Positions 10,730 to 20,424 of a stretch of DNA of 64,000 bases are shown here, piece by piece. The stretch spans positions 65,757 to 129,756 of the forward strand of contig CAWDIK010000011.1 of NCBI GenBank assembly GCA_963802345.1. The letters are read 5' to 3'. Under the pieces are notes generated by a model. The model did not search any database. It was not told the origin of the DNA and saw only the letters and a list, made by a program, of their open reading frames with translations. Positions within the stretch are counted from its first letter, which is position 1. The number at the start of each line of letters is the position of its first letter. Source of the DNA: Vicinamibacterales bacterium. GTDB taxonomy: Bacteria > Acidobacteriota > Vicinamibacteria > Vicinamibacterales > JAMQPK01. A program made the translations under genes and the position numbers.

Positions 10730-11405
10730 GGAACCATTATATTCTCAGGCGCACGTGGTCGTCGTTTACCTTCACGGGTTTGCGTCCTCGCCGGACTCCT
10801 CGAAAGCGGCGCTTCTTTGCGGAGCGGTTCGCCGAACACGGGGTCACGTTTCTGTGCCCGGATCTCAATCAGCCGGCGTTTGCCACACTGACCGTCACGC
10901 GGATGCTGCAGCAGCTCGACGCGCAGATCTCCGCGCTGCCGCCCACGGATGTCGTGCTGATCGGGTCGAGCCTCGGCGGGTTCGTGGCGGTCGAAGCCGC
11001 CGCCCGCCAAGGGGAGATCCGCAGCATCCCATCTCGCGCCTGGTCCTGCTGGCGCCCGCCGTCGAGCTCGAATGGGATCGCTGGTCCGAGGTGAGGCCGG
11101 GCGGCATCGAGGGCTGGCGGAACGCCGGCCACATCGAGGTATTCCACTACGCGCTGGACCGGCCGGAGCGACTCGGGTTCGACTTCTACGAGGATGCCGA
11201 GCGCTATCACCCCGCAACGCGGCGGCTGAACCTGCCTCTGCTGATCTTCCAGGGCCGGCAGGATGAGTCCGTCGACCCCGACCTCGTCGAGCGCTTCGCG
11301 CGGCAACAGAGCCAGGCGACGCTCCACATGCTCGACGACACGCATCAACTGAAGAACAGCCTCGACGTCATCTGGCGGGAAACCGCACGATTTCTTGGAC
11401 TCTAG
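10728..11405 (+). CDS. Alpha/beta-hydrolase, YqiA-like esterase family; frameshifted as assembled
   Basis: [27 protein letters not shown] (frame of 10728) continues as FFAERFAEHGVTFLCPDLNQ...VVLIGSSLGGFVAVEAAA (ORF 10780..11094, GxSxG) and then HPISRLVLLAPAVE...LLIFQGRQDESVDP...DDTHQL (frame of 10728). Frame changes are at ~10810 and ~11012-11030. Confidence 0.7.
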   Translation: MEPLYSQAHVVVVYLHGFASSPDSSKAALLCGAVRRTRGHVSVPGSQSAGVCHTDRHADAAAARRADLRAAAHGCRADRVEPRRVRGGRSRRPPRGDPQHPISRLVLLAPAVELEWDRWSEVRPGGIEGWRNAGHIEVFHYALDRPERLGFDFYEDAERYHPATRRLNLPLLIFQGRQDESVDPDLVERFARQQSQATLHMLDDTHQLKNSLDVIWRETARFLGL

Positions 11406-11447
11406 ACTCTTGGACTCTAGACTCTGGACTCTGGACTCCACTGGACT
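11397..11447. repeat. Tandem heptamer array GGACTCT/AGACTCT (about 7 units) forming the whole convergent spacer
   Basis: The sequence is ggactct agactctt ggactct agactct ggactct ggactcc actggact. It contains the stop codons of both flanking genes (TAG 11403-11405 on the plus strand and TAG 11446-11448 on the minus strand). Confidence 0.85.
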
Positions 11448-11839
11448 ACAAGAGCCTCTGACACCCCGGCCGGCAGCGGCATTTGATCTTGCCCTTCGCC
11501 GTCGGTCATGTAGTCGTAGGTGAGCTCTTCGCCCTTGCGGATGGTGCGCGCGGCGCGAATCCAGATGATGTCGCCGACGATCTGCACGTAGCAGTTGCCC
11601 TTGCAGGAATGATTGATGAACCGCGCGATGTTGCCGCCGACCGCGGCGTCGCGCACCCAGCGGCGGTTGATCTGAAAGCACCAGATCAAGCCGCGCTTCA
11701 TGTAGCGGTTCTCGCGCGTGAGGCTCTCCTGATGCGAGATCTTCTGGCCCGCGTAGTCGATGATCCGCTTGTTCTTCGGAATGCGTTGCGTGGCGAACAC
11801 TCCCCAACCATGCAGCTTCGAACGGCGGCGTCTGATCAT
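11446..11839 (-). CDS. SET-domain protein (putative protein-lysine methyltransferase); frameshifted near the 3' end as assembled
   Basis: ORF 11417..11872 reads ...SKLHGWGVFATQRIPKNKRII...RFINHSCKGNCYV...GEELTYDY. After ~11488-11494 the adjacent frame gives the canonical Cys-rich post-SET end GEGKIKCRCRPGCQRLL-stop (TAG 11446-11448). The likely start is ATG 11839 (MIRRRRSKLHG), with 11872 as an alternative. Confidence 0.8.
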
Positions 11840-11992
11840 GGGTATGCGGCCCAGCCGGCAGGATGCCGGCACTACGAAAGCGTATTATGCGCGCTGACGC
11901 GGTCTCGAACCGTTCTGGTACAGTTGGGGCTCTTGGTTGGTGGTCTAGTGGTTGGTGGTAGTGGTGAGTAGTCGGTGGCGACGAGGAGCTGA

Positions 11993-12988
11993 ATGGAAGG
12001 GATCATCAAGGCGTGGGGCCGGATACTGGCCGGGTATCAGCCGAACCTGTCGATTGAGATCACACGCGAGTGCCCGCTGACCTGTCCGGGTTGTTACGCC
12101 TATGGCAGCGATCACCTTGGCGGCGACGTCAAGCTGCGCGAGCTGCAGGACTTCAAGGGACAGCAGCTCGTCGATGCGATGTTCGCGCTTCTCGAGAAGC
12201 ACAAGCCGCTGCACGTCTCCATCGTCGGCGGCGAGCCGCTGGTGCGCTACCGCGAGCTCAACGAGATTCTGCCGCGCATGGCCGAGATGGGGATCTACAC
12301 GCAGCTCGTCACGAGCGCCGTGCGCCCCATTCCGATCGAGTGGGCCGGCCTGCGCCGTCTGCAGATCGTCGTCTCGATTGACGGATTGCAGCCGGAACAC
12401 GACGAGCGCCGCAAGCCCGCGACCTACGAGCGCATCCTGAAGCACATCGAGGGGCACGACATCCGCGTGCACTGCACCGTGACGCGCCAGCAGGTGCGCC
12501 GCGACGGCTATCTCGAAGAGTTCGCGAAGTTCTGGTCGGCCAATCCGGCGGTCTCGCAAATCTGGATCAGCCTCTACACGCCGCAGGTCGGCGAAGTATC
12601 CGACCGAGCGCCTCACGAAGGCCGACCGCCAGAAAGTGGTGTCGCGACCTGCTCGCGTTTCGGTCGAAGTACCCGAAACTGCGCGCGCACGAGGCGATGC
12701 TCGACGCCTATGTCGCTGCCGCCCGACTCGCCGGACGACTGCATCTTCGCGAAGACGACGGCGTGTGTGTCGGCAAATTTCGAAAAGCCGATCACGCCGT
12801 GCCAGTTCGGCGGCAACCCCGACTGCGCGAATTGCGGCTGCCTCGCATCTGCCGCGCTCGCGGCCGTCGGCCGCCACAAGCTGCCGGGAGGCATCCAGGT
12901 CGGCAAGCTGTTCGAGGCGTCGTTCGAGATCGGGAATCGCGTGAGGGCAGTGAGGGAGAGCTTCGTCGACGAGATGAAGAGCTTCTAA
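11993..12988 (+). CDS. Radical SAM protein with C-terminal Cys-rich (SPASM-like) region; frameshifted as assembled
   Basis: The CxxxCxxC motif is ITRECPLTCPGCYAYG, followed by ...VSIVGGEPLV.... The C-terminal cluster is CQFGGNPDCANCGC. The central part reads through three frames (...YTPQVGEVS|ERLTKADRQKVVS|DLLAFRSKYPKLRAHEAMLDAYVAA|DSPDDCIFAK...) with changes at ~12605, ~12640 and ~12720. Confidence 0.75.
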   Translation: MEGIIKAWGRILAGYQPNLSIEITRECPLTCPGCYAYGSDHLGGDVKLRELQDFKGQQLVDAMFALLEKHKPLHVSIVGGEPLVRYRELNEILPRMAEMGIYTQLVTSAVRPIPIEWAGLRRLQIVVSIDGLQPEHDERRKPATYERILKHIEGHDIRVHCTVTRQQVRRDGYLEEFAKFWSANPAVSQIWISLYTPQVGEVSDRAPHEGRPPESGVATCSRFGRSTRNCARTRRCSTPMSLPPDSPDDCIFAKTTACVSANFEKPITPCQFGGNPDCANCGCLASAALAAVGRHKLPGGIQVGKLFEASFEIGNRVRAVRESFVDEMKSF

Positions 12989-13053
12989 CAGGAGATTAGG
13001 AGAATCAGGAGAATTTTTTTCGAAAAGAATTCTCCTGATCTCCTAATCTCCTG
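12989..13053. terminator. Bidirectional hairpin terminator built from inverted 8-9-nt repeat arrays
   Basis: The sequence is caggagattaggagaatcaggagaatt-tttttcgaaaag-aattctcctgatctcctaatctcctg. It has a ~26-bp stem with one bulge and T/A runs on both sides. It sits exactly between the stop at 12988 (+) and the stop at 13063 (-). Confidence 0.75.
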
Positions 13054-13062
13054 TTTGTTTGT

Positions 13063-15467
13063 CTACCGGCCCACGCTCAACCGAATCCCACCATTGACCA
13101 GCCGCGGCGTGCCGATTGTCGTCGGGTTGGTGCCTACGTAATAGAGCGTGTCGAACAGGTTCTGCACGCCGAAGAACAGATCGACGTTGCGATTGACCGT
13201 GCGCGAGACCGTGAGGTTCATCACGTTGTACTCCGGCAGGCCCACTTCCCGCTTCTCCGGGACGCCCGGGAGGATCGCGGCCGTGTTGAGGTCATCGTCG
13301 AACTGGTGGCCGACGAACTGATTCTCGATCGCAAAGTTCACGTAGCGCGGGTTGGTGTAGTTCAAGCCCAACGACACGCGATTCTTGGGCACCTCGGCGA
13401 GATATTTGCCCGTCAGATCGATGCCCGCCGCGTCGACCTGCGACTCGTGCACCTTCGCGATGTCGAAGACGTACGCGGCCGAGACGCCCCAGTGGCCGTT
13501 CACGCGATACGACAGGTCGGTCTGGAACCCTGCGATGTTCGTGCTGCCGAGGTTCTGCAGCTGGCGGCAGGTCGGCACGCCGGCGCAACCGGGTGTGACG
13601 GGCACGTTGTTGGTCGCCACGGTGACGTTGGCAATCGGATTGTTCACGCGGTTGTTGAAGAACGTCCCGCGCACGGTGACGCGCTCGGTCGCCGCGACGC
13701 TGACGCCGGCTTCCTCACCGGTCAGCCGCTCGGGACCGAGCGTCTCGTTCGCCAGCGTCAGCACCTGGCCGACGCGGAACGGGCTGTAGAGCTCCTTGAG
13801 CGTCGGCGCGCGGAAACCCTTGCTGAAGCTGCCCCACACCGAGACGCGATCGGTCGCGCGATAGAGCGCGGCGCAGTCGCGGGCTGACGGTCGTGTCGGA
13901 TTTGTCGGCCAGCGACTCGCGATGCGCGGCGTCGGCTGCCCCGTCGCGATCACCGTCTCGAGGTTGTGCGCGTCGTAGTTGCGCCAGCTGTCGACGCGCG
14001 CGCTGCAGCGTCACCTGCAGCTTCGGCGTCACTTCGATCAGGTCCTGCACGAACACGCCCACGAACCTCTGCGTGCCTCCCGCGACGCGATGGATGAGCG
14101 GCGTCAGCCCTGTCGGGAGCGCGTAGGTGAGCTCGTCGCTGTCGCCGTCGATCCACCGGAAGTCGGTTCCCGCCGACAGGACGTGCGAGCGCGAGCCGAA
14201 CTGGAACGGACGCGACCACTGCACCATCGATCCGAAGGCGTTGGTCGGCACGGTCTTCTCGAGCGACAGGTTGCTCTGGCTGCGCGGCGGCGTCGCGGCC
14301 GGCACGGCAAAGGTGTTCTGGAAGAAATCCTCGTTGTCGAAGAACATGCGCGCCTCGACGTTGCTGCCTTCGGCGAACCGCAGCCGCGCGCCGCCGTTGC
14401 CGAACTTCCAGTTCGTGTCGTTGACCTCGCCGATCTTGCCGTTGTTCCGCTCCTCGTCGAACACGCCCGCCGCGGACGAACAGGTTGACGCGATCGGTCG
14501 GGTTGTAGTCGATTTTGCGCGCTGAAGCTCTGGTACCCGACGTTCGCTTCGTTGTCGATCGCGCCGCGCTCTTCTTCGGCCACGATGGTGTAGCCGTCGG
14601 TCTGCAGGCTGGTCGCGTCGAAGGTGACGCCGAACTTGCCCCACACGTCGCTGGCAAACAAATCCATCTTCGGCGTCGAGCGGTTGCCGTACTGCGGCTT
14701 GAAGATGAGCGTCCGCGGCGTCGGACGGTTCGTCACGATGTTGATGACCCCGCCCATCGCGTAGTTGCCGTACAGGCTCGAGGTGGCGCCGTCGATGATC
14801 TCGATGCGCTCGGCGTTCATCATCGGCACGCGCGTCCAGTAGACCCAGCCGCCGAACGGATCGTTGAACGGAACGTCGTCGAGCAGCACGAGCGTGCGGC
14901 TGACGCCGCTCGGCCCGATGCCGCGCAGCGACACGCCCTGCGCGGTCGGGTTCGCCGCGATGCTGCTGGTTCGCCGGAACAGGCTGAACGTCGGCACCTG
15001 CCGCAGCACGTCGTCTGCGACGACCGCGGGCGATTGCTCGATCTGCTCGTTGGTTACGATGTTGATGCTGGCCGGCACGTTGGTGATGCGCTGTTCCGAG
15101 CGCGTCGCCGTCACGACGAGCTGCTCGGCGTAGCCGGCGGGTTTGAGACGGACTTCGACGGTCTGCATCATCTCGGTCGTCAGATCGACGGTCACGTCCT
15201 GCACCTGGAAACCCGACGCCGACACGCGCAGCGTGTAGAGCCCGGCATCAGACCCGCCAGCGAGAACCGCTCGTTCGCGCTCGACACCGTCCGGCTGATA
15301 TTCGCGGCGCGCAATGTCGCGGTCACGTGCGCGCCGACGACGGCCAGCCCCTGCTCGTCGAGCACGGTGACGTCGATTCGGCGATCGGCAGCCGGAGTTT
15401 GTGCGAGCACCGGGGACGCGAGCGCGGCCATCCACACAGCGCACAGCAATAGAGCTGAATTTTTCAT
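13063..15467 (-). CDS. TonB-dependent receptor with N-terminal carboxypeptidase-regulatory-like domain; heavily frameshifted as assembled
   Basis: ORF 15192..15467 has the signal peptide MKNSALLLCAVWMAALASPVLAQ plus an Ig-like N-domain. ORF 14104..15444 has the plug (...TATRSEQRITNVPASINIVT...GVSLRGIGPSGVSRTLVLLDDVPFNDPFGGWVYW...IEIIDGATSSLYGNYAMGGVINIVT). ORFs 13950..14657, 13715..14644 and 13063..13953 carry the barrel (...FSKGFRAPTLKELYSPF...). There are at least six frame changes (~15240, ~14525, ~14465, ~13990, ~13940, ~13890). Confidence 0.85.
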
Positions 15468-15504
15468 AATTAAGCGCTTAGATTACCACAGCGCTCGCGC
15501 GGAC

Positions 15505-18500
15505 TTAATGAAAGTCGTGCGAGTCGATGTCGATCGCAACACCGCCAAGCGCGTGTAAACGTTCGGCTTTGACCGACGTAACGCCGTCCTGGTTCTGCAG
15601 GATTCCATCGATGAGCAGAAACGGCTCGTCCAGAATCTTGAATCGCTCGCGGTCGAACAGATCGGGCCGGACGATGATGTTCGCGATGCCGGTTTCGTCT
15701 TCGAGCGTGAGAAAGACAAACCCTTTGGCCGTGCCCGGGCGCTGCCGCGTGATGACGCTGCCGGCCACGCGAATGCGCCGCCCGTTGCGCGCGCGCGACA
15801 GATCGACAGCGCGCAGCACCCCGCGCATCGCCAGCTCGGGCCGGCGCATGGCCATCGGGTGGGGGCCGATGGTCAGATGCGTGCCCGCATAGTCGGCGAC
15901 GAGACGCTCTTCGCGCGGTCATGGCTGGGAGCGGGCACTGCTCCTGCTAATCCGGGACTTCGGCAGATCGGCGAGGGACTCTGGGGATTCGGCAGTCCTG
16001 GAAGAGTTCCCCAGCAGGCCGTATCGCCTTTTCCACCTGCCACAGCGCTTCGCGGCGTTCGTAGCCGAACGACGCAAACGCGCCGATGTCGGCGAGCGTC
16101 TGCAATTCTTCGCGGCGGATGCCGGTGCGGTTGCCAGATCGTCGACCGACTTGAAGCGCGGAGGCGCTTCAATGGGCAGCATGGGTTGCGTGGGGTTCGT
16201 AGGGTCGCGTGGGGACGGTCCAATCGTGCGAGCAGGTGTTGCAGAAATATGCGCCCGCCTTCACCGTCTCGATCATCGACTCATCGTCGCACCCGCACTT
16301 CGGGCATACGCATGTGGCACCCGTGACTGCTCTGATCCCTAATCGCCCATCCCTGATCCCTGCTTTTTCTATGGCGCGTCCGACTTCTTCGCGCAAGCCC
16401 CGACACATACCGCAGCCCCAGCCGGACGCTGCCGTCTGTATCCACCCGGCACAGCCAGTCGGAGTGCTGCACGTCGACGCCGGTAAAGCGCACGCCGCGG
16501 CGCTGCGCGTCCTTCACGAGCGTGGCCGGGTGATAAAACCCCATCGGCTGGTTGTTGAGCAGCGCGGTGTAGAACGCCGCTGGAAAATGCACCTTCAAAT
16601 ACGCGCTGGCGTACGCGAGCAGCGCGAAGCTCGCGGCATGCGACTCGGGAAATCCATACAGCGCGAACGCCGTGATCGACGAAATGATCTGCTCGGCGGC
16701 GTCCCCCGTGATTCCGTTGTTCGCCATGCCCGCGCGCAGCTTGATCTCGACCTCTTTCATGCGCTTCTCGGATCGCTTGAAGCCAAGCGCGCGCCGCAGA
16801 TCTTCGGCCTGCCCGCCGGTGAAGCCGGCGGTGACCATCGCCATCCGCAGCAACTGCTCCTGAAACAACGGCACGCCGAGCGTGCGCGCGAGAATCGGCT
16901 CTAACGATGGATGCGCGTAGGTCACGGGTTCGCGCCCCGCGCGCCGGTTCAAATAGGGATGCACCATGTTGCCGACGATGGGGCCCGGGCGGATGATGGC
17001 GACTTCGACGACGAGATCGTAGAAACGCTCGGGATGCAGCCGCGGCAGCGTCGCCATCTGCGCGCGCGATTCGACCTGGAATACGCCGATGGTGTCGGCG
17101 TCCTGCAGCATCTTGTACACGGCCGGATCGTCGGGGGGCAGGTGTGCCAGATCGACAATGGGCTCTGGGCTCTGGGCTCTAGGCTCTAGGCCCGGTTCGT
17201 TCACCAGCGTGATCGCATCCTGCAGCACGGCCATCATGCCGAGGCCGAGCAGATCGACTTTGACGAGCCCCATGTCGGAGCAGTCGTCCTTGTCCCACTG
17301 CAGCACGACGCGCCCGGGCATGCTCGCGTTCTCGAGCGGCACGACGCTGTCGAGCTGCCCCTGGCAGATCACCATGCCGCCGGAATGCTGTCCGAGATGT
17401 CGCGGCAGATCCTGCATGCGGTTCCACAACTCGGCGAACCATCGGAATGTCGGGTGATCGAGATCGCAGCCGGCCTCGACCATCCGCTTGCGCAGCGTGT
17501 CGGCCGGATCGATGAACTCGAACTGATTCATCACCTTCGCGAGACGATCGACTTGCGTCGCGTCGATGCCGAGCGTCTTCCCGACTTCGCGCGCCGCGCT
17601 CTTGCCGCGATAGGTGATGACGTTGGCCGTCATCGCCGCGCCGAGCCGGCCGTATTTCTCGTAGACGTGCTGAATCACCCGCTCGCGGCGATCGCCGCTC
17701 GGCAGATCGAGATCGATGTCGGGCCATTCGCCGCGCTCTTCAGAAAGAAACCGCTCGAACAGCAGATCCATGCCCACGGGATCGACGGCGGTGATGCCGA
17801 GGCTGTAGCAGACGGCGCTGTTGGCCGCCGAGCCGCGCCCCTGCACGAGGATGTCGTTGTGCCGGCAGAAATTCACGATGTCCCAGACGATCAGGAAGTA
17901 GCCGGCGAGATCGAGACGCTCGATGAGATCGAGCTCGCGCGCAATCTGCGCCCTGGCGCGGTCGTGATACGGCCGATACCGCTCGCGGGCGCCGAGATCG
18001 GTCAGCTTGCGGAGAAACGAGATGTGCGTCTCGCCCGGCGGCACCGGATAATCGGGAAACCGATAGCCGAGATCGGCCATCGTGTAATCGAGCCGCTCGC
18101 CGAGCGCCTCGGTCGACGCCAGCGCCTCGGGCAGATCGCGGAACAGCCGCGCCATCTCTTCGGGCGGCTTCAGATAGCGCTCGGCATTGCGCGCGAGCGT
18201 CTTTCCTGCCTGCGCCAGCGTCGTCTTGTGATGAATGCAGGTGAGCACGTCGAACAGCGGCCGCTCGGCTGGATCGGCGAAGCGCACGCCGTTGGTTGCG
18301 ACAATCGGCACGTGAAACGTGCCGGCGATGTCGGCGAGCATGCGGTTGTCGGCCTCTTCGTCGCGCAGGAGATGGCGCTGAATTTCGACATACACACTGC
18401 CGCGGCCGAACACGCCGACGAGCGGATCGATCAACCCGCCGACGCCGTATTTCTGAAACCCGAGCAGCTCGCGCCCCGCAAGCGCGATGAGACCCCGCGT

Positions 18501-18914
18501 CTGCCCGTCGAGCTCGTCGAGCGTAAGGGCGCCCTCGCCTTTCGGCGCGCGCATCTTCATGCGCGTGATGAGCCGGCAGAGGTTCCGGTAGCCTTCGGCG
18601 GACTCGACGAGGACGGGAATGCGCAGGGGCGAGGGGTGCAGGGGTGAGGGATGCAAGGGTGCAGCTGCGGCGCGAAGCTCGGACGATGCATCGAGCGTAG
18701 GCGAGATCGTGAGCTCGGCGCCGATGATGGCCTTGATGCCGGCGGCCGTCGCCGCGCGATGGAAGCGCGGGGCGCCGTAGACGCCGTCGCGATCGAGCAG
18801 CGCCATCGCCGGATACCCGTAGCGCGCCGCTTGCGCGATCAGCGTTTCAGGTAAGGAGGCCGCTTCCAGAAAACTGAAAGCGGACGCGGCGTGTAATTCG
18901 AGATACATAACCAT
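15505..18914 (-). CDS. dnaE2: Error-prone DNA polymerase III alpha-like subunit DnaE2 (ImuC); C-terminal quarter frameshifted as assembled
   Basis: ORF 16281..18959 is an uninterrupted PHP plus polymerase core (MYLELHAASAFSFLEAASLPE...; ...LFERFLSEERGEWPDIDLDL...; ...IGVFQVESRAQM...). The C-terminal HhH/OB part continues in ORFs 16169..16408, 15919..16182 and 15505..15855 (...KGFVFLTLEDETGIANIIVRPDLF...). There are >=5 frame changes between ~16400 and ~15915. The start is ATG 18914 or 18908. The gene follows imuB, as in known imuA-imuB-dnaE2 cassettes. Confidence 0.9.
16331..16363. repeat. Heptamer array (rc: AGGGATC AGGGATG GGCGATT AGGGATC) inside dnaE2
   Basis: It encodes ...A-GIRDGRLGIR-A... 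in the dnaE2 frame, immediately before the zinc-ribbon insert. Confidence 0.75.
17160..17193. repeat. Heptamer array GGGCTCT x3 / AGGCTCT x2 inside dnaE2
   Basis: The sequence is gggctct gggctct gggctct aggctct aggccc. On the coding strand it is translated as ...EPGLEPRAQSPEP... between ...AITLVN and IVDLAHLPPDDPAVYKMLQ. Confidence 0.85.
18623..18665. repeat. Degenerate 7-8-nt array (GCAGGGG CGAGGGGT GCAGGGGT GAGGGAT GCAAGGGT GCAGC) inside the dnaE2 PHP domain
   Basis: It encodes ...AAAPLHPSPLHPSPLRIP... between IIGAELTI... and ...VLVESAEGYRNLCRL. Confidence 0.7.
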
Positions 18915-18942
18915 TGATTGGCAATTCTGTCCAATGCTGCAG

Positions 18943-20424
18943 TCAGTCAACCAGCCCATCGACGAACCAGGCGCCTAGCGTCGTGCGCCTGGGAAATTCG
19001 ATACGTCGTTCCGTCACTGAGCGCCACGTCCCACTCGTCGCAATTCCACGGCGAGGTCGCGTGGGTCGTGGCGCGTGCGAAGAACCCACCAGTCGCCTGA
19101 CGACCGCCACGGTCCCTCGCTGCGTTCGACGCGCCCGCCGGCACAGCCGCGGCGATCGGTGGTGACCCGGACGGGGCGTCCCTGTTCGACGACCACGCGG
19201 GCGGGAATCGGGACTTCGAAAGCGCCGCAAACGGACGCTGCGCCGCCGCTTCGCCGGATTAGGGATTGGGGATTGGGGATTAGTAAAGGTGCGCGGTGGA
19301 TCGAACTTCGCCATCGCGAAGGCGCCTGGACGATAGGTGTCGACGAGCGAGGGCGCGCCGACGTGGTCGCTGCCCATGAGCGCGCCGAGCCGCGCGAGCA
19401 GCGTCGCCAGCGTGTCGGTGGGCAGCGCGCGCGCGAACAACCCGAACTGCAGGACGCGCCCTTCGGCGACGTCGACACCGACGGCGACGCGATCGATCGC
19501 CGCCGGCGGCGGGTTCGACTCGAGATCGAGCAGCGCCAGCGTGCGCAGCACGCGCGCATCGCGCATCGGCGCTGGGAGCTCCAGCACGCGCTCGTGCCGG
19601 TCGCGCCCGCCTTCGCCGAGGCTATGGCGAGGTCCCGTGACCAGCGTCAACGTGACGCGCAGCACGACCGCGCCGCGATCGCCGCGCTCGAGCCGATCGC
19701 ATAACGGCTCGAACAGCCGCGCCAGGACGAAGGACAACGGCTCGAGCCCGTCAATCGGCCATTCGAGGTCGAGCGATTCCTCGAACGACTCCGCCACGCC
19801 GGCCGGCACCAGCGGCCGCATCTCTTCGCCGCGCGCCCAACGCTGCCAACGGAGGCCGGTCTGGCCGAGCCGCGCGGACAGCTCAGCTGGAAGGGAGGGC
19901 CGCCAGATCGCCGAGAGTGCGCAGGCCCCAACGAGCGAGTTGCTCGATGGGTCCAGGCTCCGGGCTTTGGGCTTCAGGCTTTGGGCTGCGTTGGGCTTTG
20001 GGCTGCCGAGAGTCCAAAGCCCAGAGTCCGAAGTCCAACTGCGTCAGTGTTCTGAGCGGCAGCGGCGCAAGCGCCGCCGCTTCGTCGCCGCGCGGCACCA
20101 CCGTCAGCCCGCGCGTGCGTGCGCGAGAAGGATCGCCGCCGTCGACGAAGCCGCTATCGCGATGTGCACGCCCAGCCCGGCATCGGCGGCCGTGCGGCGC
20201 AGCTCTTCGCCGATCGCTCGCGGCTCGCCGATAAGGCTGCCAAGCCCGCTGATGTCGAGCGTGACCGTGTCGTCTCCATGCGTCTCGACGCGCGGCGAAA
20301 AATCACGCGCGATCTGAACGATCGTGGGATCGTCGTGCGTGGCAATTCGTCGCTCGCCCCTTGCCGCTTCGCCCCTATCAGGTGCCGAGTTAGCACGCCG
20401 CGGCAGATAAAGGCACGCGAACAT
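18943..20424 (-). CDS. imuB: ImuB, Y-family-polymerase-like mutasome subunit; heavily frameshifted as assembled
   Basis: RBS GGAGAG precedes ATG 20424 (MFACLYLPRR...FSPRVETHGDDTVTLDISGL...; ORF 20104..20460). It continues in 19883..20101, then 18943..19821 (...RPLVPAGVAESFEESLDLEWPIDGLEPLSFVLARLFEPLCDRLE...), 19014..19559 (...GPWRSSGDWW...) and 18947..19144 (...DEWDVALSDGTTYRI...). It ends ...AWFVDGLVD at 18943. There are >=5 frame changes (~20105, ~19885, ~19240, ~19075, ~18985). Confidence 0.85.
19256..19283. repeat. Heptamer array GGATTAG GGATTGG GGATTGG GGATTAG inside imuB
   Basis: On the coding strand it is translated as ...TNPQSPIPNP... (or LIPNPQSLI in the neighbouring frame). Confidence 0.85.
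19954..20038. repeat. Inverted heptamer arrays (GGGCTTT/GGGCTTC ... CCAAAGCCC/AGAGTCC) inside imuB
   Basis: The sequence is caggctc cgggcttt gggcttc aggcttt gggctgc gttgggcttt gggctgc-cgagag-tccaaagccc agagtcc gaagtcc. It encodes ...LDFGLWALDSRQPKAQRSPKPEAQSPEPGP... between APLPLRTL and IEQLARWGLRTLGDLAALP. Confidence 0.85.

Noticed and set aside
16169-16182. Whether dnaE2 is a naturally split gene (TGA at 16169, overlapping ATG at 16182).
   Set aside because: The overlap could equally result from a single indel in the nearby CCC run, given the error profile of this region. It is kept as an open alternative inside the zinc-ribbon finding rather than called.
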